From: a virus | Length of the DNA stretch: 64,000 nt | Strand: one strand, 5' to 3' | Virus record (IMG/VR): IMGVR_UViG_3300006076_000003 | Coordinates: 22,602 to 86,601 of that record | Shown here: in pieces, positions 56,279 through 64,000 of the stretch | How positions within the stretch are numbered: the stretch's first letter is position 1 | Layout: the number at the start of each line of letters is the position of its first letter | The notes under the pieces: model-generated | Database searches by the model: none | What the model saw: the letters and a program-made list of their open reading frames with translations, nothing else | What the model was told of the DNA's origin: nothing | Translations under genes and position numbers: made by a program

Positions 56279-56559
56279 ACTTTACTTCTCCCTTTTAAGT
56301 ATTTTAATCTGTCTGATATGTCAAATTTAACATATTGTTTATCTTGAGTCTCAAATTGACCACCAAAATATGCTTTACCTTTTCTGCCTTTACGTAGTTT
56401 TAGTCTAAAAGTACCAAAGTTTTTTATTTGCACAACTTTTTCCTTTGGTAAATCTTCCATTAAAACGTCAATAAAAGCAGTTAGCATATTATATGCTACA
56501 CGCTGAGGCACACCTGCCTTAGCTGCTATTCTATTAGCAAAAGTAAGTTTATTCAACAT
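56239..56559 (-). CDS. HU/IHF family DNA-binding protein
   Basis: MLNK..F..RIA.KAG...VQIKNFGTF....RKGR.G. Confidence 0.85.
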   Translation of the reverse strand: MLNKLTFANRIAAKAGVPQRVAYNMLTAFIDVLMEDLPKEKVVQIKNFGTFRLKLRKGRKGKAYFGGQFETQDKQYVKFDISDRLKYLKGRSKVCNLKHLKKKSEK

Positions 56560-56767
56560 CTAACAATCCTATCATATCTGGCTGTGCTTCCATATATTGC
56601 TGTTTTGCTACTGCATTACCGTCTTTAGATGCAAGCTTAGCTATTAATTTCTTAATAGCTTGTTCTTTTACTTCAATACTTGCATCTGATGTTTTATACT
56701 CTTCAATTTTCTTTTTAATTTCTTGTTCATCTAACATTAAGGTTTCCTTAACCGTCACAAGATTCAC
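56549..56767 (-). CDS. Hypothetical protein
   Basis: 72 aa coupled ORF. Confidence 0.6.
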   Translation of the reverse strand: MNLVTVKETLMLDEQEIKKKIEEYKTSDASIEVKEQAIKKLIAKLASKDGNAVAKQQYMEAQPDMIGLLDVE

Positions 56768-58481
56768 AAGTTGGTGCTTCTACCTTAACCTTAGTAGCAC
56801 CATTCAATGTTCTAACATAGTATAATCCTTTAATATAAGGATCAACTAGAGCTTTCATATGAAGTTCTGAAACATATTCTTCTTTTACATCATGTGGGAA
56901 GTATAGATTTAAAGATTGTCCTTGATCAATGTACTTCTGACGTTGTGATGCCATTCTTAAAATGTTTTCTTGATTGATCTCAAAAGCTGTTCTGAATACA
57001 TCTTTTTCTTCCTGTGTTAACCAATCTTCTGCTTGCACAGAACCTTGATCTTCAGAAATACGTTTCATTGTTTCTTCATTGTACACTCCACGTTCTTTCA
57101 TCAACTTAAGTAATGTTGGATTTATGCGATATACAGTACCACCTGCTGTATCTTGTTCAAAAGCATTTGCTAATGTAGGTGATATACCATCAGATACCCC
57201 ACCCATAATCACAGCTGTACTCATTGTTGGTGCTATTGCAATTCTATGTGAGAATCGTTCACCGTAACCTTTTAGATACTCAGGCTCACCAAGTTCTGAT
57301 GCTAACCATCTTGATACTGCATGTGTTTTTTCATCTAATTGCTTAAATAACATTTGATTAAACATAGTTGATTGTAGATCACCAAATACCCATTGCTTTT
57401 GTTGATAATATGTTGATAGTCCCATAACACCAAGACCAATAGCTCTCCAAGCTTCTGTAAATTTTACTACTTTTTCAAAGCCAACTTCTTGTCTTGCTTT
57501 TATTAACATATCTTCAATTACAGCATCTAAAAATACAGTTGCTATCTCTATAGCTTTTGTGTCTTTCCACTCATCATATTTAGACACATTCATAGATGCC
57601 AACACACAAGTAAATGAATGTTCTTCATCTGCTGCTAGTTGAACCTCATTGCATAAATTCGAACCTTTTACAGTAACACCTTTATCTTTGTACCATTTAG
57701 GATTAGCTCTATTTACTTTATCTAAAAATTCAAGATAACCTTTACCTTTTATCAGTTTAGCTCTTAAAAGACGTTTCCATCTTCTATCTGCTTCTTCAGG
57801 GTCTTTCTTAATTAATTCAAGAAAATCATCAGTTATATTCCATCCAATATTCCATCCAGCATCATCTGCTATAATTTGATCTACTACTTCATCAAAATCA
57901 GGATGTAAAATATCTAAGTACATACCAGCAGAACCTCTACGATTATTTCCCTGACTAACTTTATGCATAGTTCTAACAACATCATCTGCAAAATGCATTA
58001 CTCCATCTGCTATTCCACCAGTAGATATTGGTGCACCACGATGTCTTATAGCATCTAAAGTTACAGAAGTCCCATAACCTCTTTGAGTCAATTGAGCCAT
58101 TTCTGTGAGAGTTACATAAAATGATCTTATGCTATCTTCAACAATTCCACCACTACAAGATATTGGATGTCCTCTATTATTACCCATATTTGCTAAAATC
58201 GGTGATGATGGTGATAACCAACCTTTCCACATTACATCAAAGAATGCTTCTTTCCAGTTTGGGTATCCATAAGATAGAGGAATAGATACTTTTGTTAATT
58301 CTGCTGCTCTATTTGCTATTCTTTTATACATGTCATAAGGTGTTTCACTTACATCAGTATAGTTTTTTTGTTTAATTAATTGATATCCTGCAGTAGTATA
58401 CCAATCAGGTGCTTTACCAATACGTTGCAGATGTTTACGCTCTATTGAAAATTGCTCATATTGTGTTAATTTTTTACTCAT
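56748..58481 (-). CDS. nrdA: Ribonucleotide reductase class I alpha subunit (no ATP cone)
   Basis: PISC, RRGS, SNLCNE, CVLAS, AIAPT.S, DQGQSLN, KGLYY, C-terminal CESC. Confidence 0.95.
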   Translation of the reverse strand: MSKKLTQYEQFSIERKHLQRIGKAPDWYTTAGYQLIKQKNYTDVSETPYDMYKRIANRAAELTKVSIPLSYGYPNWKEAFFDVMWKGWLSPSSPILANMGNNRGHPISCSGGIVEDSIRSFYVTLTEMAQLTQRGYGTSVTLDAIRHRGAPISTGGIADGVMHFADDVVRTMHKVSQGNNRRGSAGMYLDILHPDFDEVVDQIIADDAGWNIGWNITDDFLELIKKDPEEADRRWKRLLRAKLIKGKGYLEFLDKVNRANPKWYKDKGVTVKGSNLCNEVQLAADEEHSFTCVLASMNVSKYDEWKDTKAIEIATVFLDAVIEDMLIKARQEVGFEKVVKFTEAWRAIGLGVMGLSTYYQQKQWVFGDLQSTMFNQMLFKQLDEKTHAVSRWLASELGEPEYLKGYGERFSHRIAIAPTMSTAVIMGGVSDGISPTLANAFEQDTAGGTVYRINPTLLKLMKERGVYNEETMKRISEDQGSVQAEDWLTQEEKDVFRTAFEINQENILRMASQRQKYIDQGQSLNLYFPHDVKEEYVSELHMKALVDPYIKGLYYVRTLNGATKVKVEAPTCESCDG

Positions 58482-59535
58482 TTATACCCTCCTCTATCAA
58501 ATGTAGGTAAGGCTTAAGACTTAAGTTTTCAACCTTCCAATTGCGTCTATACTGATTAGTTCCTGCAACAAAGAAATCATGCATTTTAATAGATGTAGCA
58601 CCTTTATAAAACCATTCAGGAATAACATTATCTTTATCAACTAATTTAAATAAAGGAATTGATGGTTCCAAAGATAGTATCACTTCATTAGCCCTATGAA
58701 TAACAAATGCTATTAGATTGTCTTTAGAGATATCATTAATATACTCAACATCATTAAATAAGTATCTGATTATGGCTATTTCATGATTTAATACTTCTTC
58801 TAGTACTTCTCTTTGCTTATCTAATAGTTGTTCTTTATATGCCTCAAATTTACCTTTAGGCATAGTTTCCTTTAGCTCAGTCATATAAACTTTATATAAT
58901 GCACCAGCATATAATCCATGTATAGTCTCATCTGAAATTACAAAGTCAACACCTGTTAAAGTATTTTGTATTAAATTATATCCATTAGCTTTAAATGACT
59001 TTAGCATAGCAAAATTACTAAATAATAATACCTGCTCTATTACTGATACAGTAAATAATGATAATGCATAATCCTTATTTAAATTTGTAGTAATATCATT
59101 TAGTAATCTTAATTTATTTTTGAGTACTGCTACTGTTTGTTGATTTTTAGCAATCAACTCAGGTTCTATTGCTAAAACATCATTCATCTTTTGGTAAAAA
59201 AACGCATGTACTGATTTTTCCATTGCTGATATTTGAGCACAAGCACCTTCAATTTCAGAATGTGGAAACCATTTTGCAATTTGTTCCCATACTTCACCTA
59301 CTTTTTGTTCTATTTCAACAAACAGTTGTAAAGTTAGTGACACCAATTGAAATTGATACTTATCCATCTTAGTCTTAAAATCAGTTAGATCATTTTCCAC
59401 AGGAATTTCCTGTGCAGTCCAATATATATCTTGTTGTTTTTCTCTGAATTGATTGGCAATTGGGTAATAGTACAAACCAAACATTGTGTTTGGTGTTGTA
59501 AGCCTCATTTGTTTATGGTATTTTGTTAAGTCCAT
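58474..59535 (-). CDS. nrdB: Ribonucleotide reductase class I beta subunit
   Basis: W..EI...D, E..VH..FY, E.VLLFS.F, DETIH, DFF. Confidence 0.93.
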   Translation of the reverse strand: MDLTKYHKQMRLTTPNTMFGLYYYPIANQFREKQQDIYWTAQEIPVENDLTDFKTKMDKYQFQLVSLTLQLFVEIEQKVGEVWEQIAKWFPHSEIEGACAQISAMEKSVHAFFYQKMNDVLAIEPELIAKNQQTVAVLKNKLRLLNDITTNLNKDYALSLFTVSVIEQVLLFSNFAMLKSFKANGYNLIQNTLTGVDFVISDETIHGLYAGALYKVYMTELKETMPKGKFEAYKEQLLDKQREVLEEVLNHEIAIIRYLFNDVEYINDISKDNLIAFVIHRANEVILSLEPSIPLFKLVDKDNVIPEWFYKGATSIKMHDFFVAGTNQYRRNWKVENLSLKPYLHLIEEGINE

Positions 59536-59549
59536 AATAACAAATCTTT

Positions 59550-59822
59550 CTATTTAACCAAAGCTTTTCTAAAGTTTTTTGATAGTTTTACTTTAATAAA
59601 TCTACCACCTTTAACTTTAACATCTTTTTTACCTAATAGGTCTTTAACAGTATCTGGTTTTTCTTCTACAACAAATGTTGCTAAACCAAGTAGTGTAATT
59701 TTATCATCTGTATTTAAGCTATCTGCAACTACGTCTTTAAATACATTAAGCACTGCTTTTACATCTTTTATATTTACATTTGCTGTTTTTGCTAGTTTTT
59801 TAGTAAATTCTGTTTGTGTCAT
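59550..59822 (-). CDS. HU family DNA-binding protein (second copy)
   Basis: MTQTEF.K.LA...ITLLGLATF.V...K.SK.FR..L. Confidence 0.8.
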   Translation of the reverse strand: MTQTEFTKKLAKTANVNIKDVKAVLNVFKDVVADSLNTDDKITLLGLATFVVEEKPDTVKDLLGKKDVKVKGGRFIKVKLSKNFRKALVK

Positions 59823-59824
59823 TT

Positions 59825-61297
59825 TTATTCCTTTTTAATTAAGCTATCTAATAAGATGCTACCTTCAATAGCATATCTAGCTCTTGTTAGAGCAACCATA
59901 TATAAATTAAATTCTTGTAAAACTTCATCATCTGCTTGTATATCAGTGTAAGACCAATCAGTATATTTCATTATTGCTATATCCATTGATGGGTCCAATA
60001 TTACTTTATCCATTGTTAGACCTTTGCTAACATGAGCAGTCATTACTGTGATATTAGCTTCTGAATGCTTCATATCATCAGCATGTTTTACAAGGTCGAT
60101 AATTTTATCTCTACCATACTTAATAACTGTTAAAATTGCTGCACTAATGTTCTCATCATCAACAAATTCTTTGCGTAAGTAACCAATTAATGTTGTATTT
60201 GCTTGTAAATTGCTATTACTACCCCATTCATCAATAACATCTTGTAAATGTTGTAAATCAGGATCCATCTGTCTAAAACCAGGTTTAGCATATGCTATTG
60301 CAAGTGGTAGTTTAAACATTTGTTTTACTTTAGCTTTATGAATTAACTTAAATGGAACTCCATCTTCTTTAAATTCAAGCATTTTGTTAATTACTGCATT
60401 ATTAGTTCTACAAATATACCCAGTAGTTTTAATTTTTTCTTCTTTATATTCCATACCTCTAAATACTGTTTTTACATCACAGTATCTTCTATATAGCATT
60501 TCTATATATGGTGCTAATTTATTAGATACTCTAAAAGATTGTGTTAAATTTAGATTACATCCCATGCCTTCATATTCTTTGAAAGCATTTATACAACCCA
60601 TCCAACCATGTATTGCTTGTCTATGATCTCCAAGTAGTATCTTTTGTTTAGCAGGATATAATTTTGTTACATCAAACATTATTTGTGTTAAGTCATTAAC
60701 TTCATCAACAATTAATGTATCAATAGGTTCTAATTTAACTTTACCTCTTAGTAATTGAATATGAAAAAGTTTTAAGTAAAAACCATGTGTAATCCTCATC
60801 TCACCCTTGTACATAGCTGATAATACCTGCTTTGCTAACTCAACATACGGTATAGGTACTCTTTTAGGAAAGCTCTCTGCCCATTCTTCAACAGTTGTAT
60901 ATGGTGAGCTACAAAATGATTCTACTGCATAAAGAACATCAGATGTTTTACCAAAAGGTATTTTACGAGCTATATTTTGTGGGATATCTTTCCAAGTTAA
61001 CCAACCAGCAATATCTTTCCTTAAATTGCTACCTTTAACCATATATTGGTAAGCAAGTGAGTGTATTGTAGAAACTTGAGCAGTATGCTTAAATCCTTCT
61101 TTTGCTTCTGCAGCATTAGCATTACCAAATACTAAATATCTAATTTTGTGATTTTTGTTATTTTTAACAAGTCTTTTAGCTGTTTCAATCGCTGAAGTGC
61201 TCTTAGCCGCACCTGCGATAGCATTAACAAGTATCAATGGTTCACCTGCTAATGCTGTTTCAAACAGCTTTTCTTGTTCAGATGACCATTGATACAT
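59825..61297 (-). CDS. UvrD/Rep-like SF1 helicase
   Basis: AIAGAAKS, TIHSLA, VDEVND, GDHRQAI, LTQSFR, TAHVSKGL, VALTRAR. Confidence 0.9.
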   Translation of the reverse strand: MYQWSSEQEKLFETALAGEPLILVNAIAGAAKSTSAIETAKRLVKNNKNHKIRYLVFGNANAAEAKEGFKHTAQVSTIHSLAYQYMVKGSNLRKDIAGWLTWKDIPQNIARKIPFGKTSDVLYAVESFCSSPYTTVEEWAESFPKRVPIPYVELAKQVLSAMYKGEMRITHGFYLKLFHIQLLRGKVKLEPIDTLIVDEVNDLTQIMFDVTKLYPAKQKILLGDHRQAIHGWMGCINAFKEYEGMGCNLNLTQSFRVSNKLAPYIEMLYRRYCDVKTVFRGMEYKEEKIKTTGYICRTNNAVINKMLEFKEDGVPFKLIHKAKVKQMFKLPLAIAYAKPGFRQMDPDLQHLQDVIDEWGSNSNLQANTTLIGYLRKEFVDDENISAAILTVIKYGRDKIIDLVKHADDMKHSEANITVMTAHVSKGLTMDKVILDPSMDIAIMKYTDWSYTDIQADDEVLQEFNLYMVALTRARYAIEGSILLDSLIKKE

Positions 61298-61313
61298 GCA
61301 ACTCCTTTAATGC

Positions 61314-62096
61314 TTATTCAAATGGATCATCTTCATCTGCTTCTGTTGTACCAAAATCATCTTGTTCAGTTGGAGTTGGCACTTTGTTATCACCTTTTAC
61401 AAGTTTTAACTCTTGTAAACATACTTTATTGTTTTTATTTTTATACTCAATTTCTGGGTTATCAATAGCATATTTAACTGCTTCATTTAATGCTACTGTT
61501 TCTGTTGCATTATTTTTAACTTCTGCAATACTAAATCCTTCTTTAGTAAAGAATGCATTAGTGTTTAGTTTTTGATTTCTCCAAGCTCTGTCACCTTTAG
61601 CATCTAACGTGATGTAATAACTTGTTACACCAGTAAATTGTTTACCAATAAGTTCAGTCCATTTTTCAATAGGTTTTGGTCCTGCTTTAGGGAATTGTTT
61701 TGTATCAGATACGACACCTTTACCAAACTCATCTGGATTAAGTCCACAAGCAACCCATAAGTTTTTAATTTGACCAATAGCTTTGATGTTATCATACGTA
61801 GCACCTTCTTGGTCTAAATATGTTTTAACACCATTAACAAAGTATTCACCAGCTTGTACAACACCATCTTTTTTGCTTACTTTATTTTGTAAGAACAATG
61901 TTGCATCTACTGTTTTACCTTCAGCATCTTCTGCTACTAACACAAATCTTGGCATATTGTCTTGTTCACCAATCTCATATGCTTCTACAATTGTTAATAA
62001 ATGTGCACCAGGCTTGTTAATTTTGATACCTGTTTGACCTAATCTACTTCTTTCTTTTTCACCCATATTTGCAACAGACGTGTTAATAAAACTCAT
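61314..62096 (-). CDS. Single-stranded DNA-binding protein (N4 gp45-like)
   Basis: Beta-rich, acidic tail EADEDDPFE, follows AAA gene as in N4. Confidence 0.7.
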   Translation of the reverse strand: MSFINTSVANMGEKERSRLGQTGIKINKPGAHLLTIVEAYEIGEQDNMPRFVLVAEDAEGKTVDATLFLQNKVSKKDGVVQAGEYFVNGVKTYLDQEGATYDNIKAIGQIKNLWVACGLNPDEFGKGVVSDTKQFPKAGPKPIEKWTELIGKQFTGVTSYYITLDAKGDRAWRNQKLNTNAFFTKEGFSIAEVKNNATETVALNEAVKYAIDNPEIEYKNKNNKVCLQELKLVKGDNKVPTPTEQDDFGTTEADEDDPFE

Positions 62097-62175
62097 TATT
62101 TATTCCTTTTTATTTTTAATTTTTTGGTTGCACTTACATTAGCAAATATTGCTATTTACTAAATGGCAAATGTTT

Positions 62176-62901
62176 TTAATCCTCAATAACAGGTACTTCT
62201 TTTTTACCTGCTAAAACTAGTTCTAAATCATCAAGACTTGTTCTTTTAAATTTAAAACAACCTTCTTTTAGTTTTGTTTTTGTTGTATTCATTTCATTAA
62301 ATACATCAGCTTCAAACCAAAATGCTCTATCTGCCATATATGCTTCTACCACGGTAGAGAATGATTCTTCAATTATGTTAGTATGCTCTTTACCTTTGGT
62401 AGTAACATAACGTTTAGTACCATTAACACCAATTCGAGGCGGGTAGTGTGCCATAACATAAATAAATTTACCATAAGTTATTGTTGCAACTTTTGTGGAC
62501 TCTAAAATTCTTGTAATAGCATTGTTATATGATGACCAAACATCGAAGCCCGAATAATGTTCCATTGCCCATCTATTAATTAATTTAGTCATTAATGTAA
62601 ATGTATCAACTATTACTCTATCAACTTTATCAGATGCTGCTGCTTTTAACAGATTTGACTCAATTTTATCAATCATATCAATATCAGATACTTTAAAAGC
62701 TTGGTACACTTTTAAAAACTTGCTATCATCTTCTGATATTGCTTTATTATCAAAGTTAAAGATAACAGTTCTTGCTTTTTCCTCATCTGACAAATTGGCA
62801 ATTGCTGTACTTTTACCAGATGATGTTTCACCAACCATCAAAACAGGGTAATGACTTGTTAACTTTTTACGTTCTGTTAAGTCCACATCTTTTAATACCA
62901 T
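62176..62901 (-). CDS. AAA ATPase (N4 gp44 / Sak4-like)
   Basis: GETSSGKS, IVDTFT, GFDVW..Y, MAH, IEESFSTV. Confidence 0.85.
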   Translation of the reverse strand: MVLKDVDLTERKKLTSHYPVLMVGETSSGKSTAIANLSDEEKARTVIFNFDNKAISEDDSKFLKVYQAFKVSDIDMIDKIESNLLKAAASDKVDRVIVDTFTLMTKLINRWAMEHYSGFDVWSSYNNAITRILESTKVATITYGKFIYVMAHYPPRIGVNGTKRYVTTKGKEHTNIIEESFSTVVEAYMADRAFWFEADVFNEMNTTKTKLKEGCFKFKRTSLDDLELVLAGKKEVPVIED

Positions 62902-62902
62902 A

Positions 62903-63289
62903 TTACTCTCCTTCTAAAATTAAATTTTTAAACCACTTTTGCCAATTAAAAAAATAATAGGCAAATGGTTTTTGTTTTTTGGGTATATATTTGTATTCAC
63001 TTAGTATTGCTAAGATGTTGCTACTTTGCTCACTGCTGTACTCTTTACTCATATATACCAACTCTATATTTAATTGCCATATATGTCTTGCTGCTTTAAC
63101 AACTTCATCACTATCTAAACCAATATTAACAGGTAGTATAAATGCTACTTTGCTATTTTTAATTTTATAAACATAAAATTTTTTGTTTGATTTATCAACA
63201 GTTAATTGACCTTGCAGTATTTGTATATACCAATTAGTTAACTCTTCTTCTAAATAAAAATCATCAGGTAATCTTGCTACTTCATACAT
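62903..63289 (-). CDS. Hypothetical protein
   Basis: 128 aa coupled ORF. Confidence 0.6.
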   Translation of the reverse strand: MYEVARLPDDFYLEEELTNWYIQILQGQLTVDKSNKKFYVYKIKNSKVAFILPVNIGLDSDEVVKAARHIWQLNIELVYMSKEYSSEQSSNILAILSEYKYIPKKQKPFAYYFFNWQKWFKNLILEGE

Positions 63290-63315
63290 AATGCAATAGT
63301 AACAAGATTTAGCTT

Positions 63316-64000
63316 TTAGTCTTCTAATTTATCTAAAAGTCTTATAGGTTTGTAGGTATTTGTTAAATGTAACGGTGGCACATCATCAAATTCAGCCCAT
63401 CCTTCTTTTAACCCTTTACGTACATAACGAGCAAAATGTGATGCTACTTCTACTGGCAACCTACCTTCTTTTTTAACTTTATCAACATAACCTTGTTTAA
63501 CAACAAACTTTAGTAATATTTGTCTATACTTATCTCGTGTCTCAGGATCTGCTAATGTTTGCATATCTTCTTCTAAATGCTTTTTCTTTAAAGTTTTTAA
63601 ATCACGATACTGCTTATCAGACTCTTTTACTACATCAAGTAATGCTGTTACATCTTTGATAGTTTCTTTACTATCACCTTCTTTGTCACTATCTTTCCAA
63701 GTTATAGGTTCTTTTAGCTTTTCACCATTTTTAAGTCTATCCCAATAAAATTGCAATTCTGCTATTCTTTCTGTGGATAAATGATTATCAACTAAGAAAT
63801 ATGGATTTATCATATATTGGTACTTGTTTAACTTATGAATAAGGTCTAAATCTACCATATCTTTAAGAACTTGTTGTACATTACGTTCTGAGGCATTTGT
63901 TCGTTTTGAGTACCACTTAGAAAATACAGTAATTTTTACAATAACGCAATAATTTCTGCATTTTTTATAAAACCACCACTTTAAAAAGCGATATAGATAT
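63316..64000 (-). CDS. RepL-like winged-helix protein (5' end outside window)
   Basis: Frame stays open upstream of 63858 to the window edge: ...NASERNVQQVLKDMVDLDLIHKLNKYQYMINPY. Confidence 0.6.
   Translation of the reverse strand, partial: YLYRFLKWWFYKKCRNYCVIVKITVFSKWYSKRTNASERNVQQVLKDMVDLDLIHKLNKYQYMINPYFLVDNHLSTERIAELQFYWDRLKNGEKLKEPITWKDSDKEGDSKETIKDVTALLDVVKESDKQYRDLKTLKKKHLEEDMQTLADPETRDKYRQILLKFVVKQGYVDKVKKEGRLPVEVASHFARYVRKGLKEGWAEFDDVPPLHLTNTYKPIRLLDKLED

Noticed and set aside
1-64000. tRNA genes, integrase, host flanking DNA
   Set aside because: No cloverleaf/T-loop pattern in the intergenic gaps inspected, no recombinase motifs, and the content appears entirely phage.

Overview
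AT-rich 64-kb window of an N4-like (Schitoviridae-type) phage genome, read as a circular permutation. The host is probably Campylobacterota (inference from AT content, AAGGA RBS and TATAAT promoters without a clear -35). Three blocks are visible. (1) Minus-strand early region, 1-8500: many small ORFs, an MBL hydrolase and a single-chain T7-type RNA polymerase, interrupted by a plus-strand plasmid-like cassette (iteron array + RHH repressor + RepA/AAA_25 helicase). (2) Plus-strand late block, 8960-51197, in N4 gene order: TerS-like, TerL, adaptor, tail fibres, lysis genes, portal, capsid, ejection proteins and virion RNAP. (3) Minus-strand DNA metabolism block, 51165-64000: SF2 helicase with paired inverted repeats, MazG-like, PAPS-reductase-like, ThyX, NrdAB, two HU proteins, UvrD, SSB, AAA and RepL-like wHTH. 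Most notable: a virion RNAP split into two genes whose only cysteines sit at the abutting termini and which carries an embedded DEDDh exonuclease; a family of covarying H-type pseudoknots plus RNase III-like stems between early genes; the iteron/RHH/RepA cassette; and a tail gene split by a double-HNH endonuclease. All family assignments come from motif recognition by eye; no searches were run.
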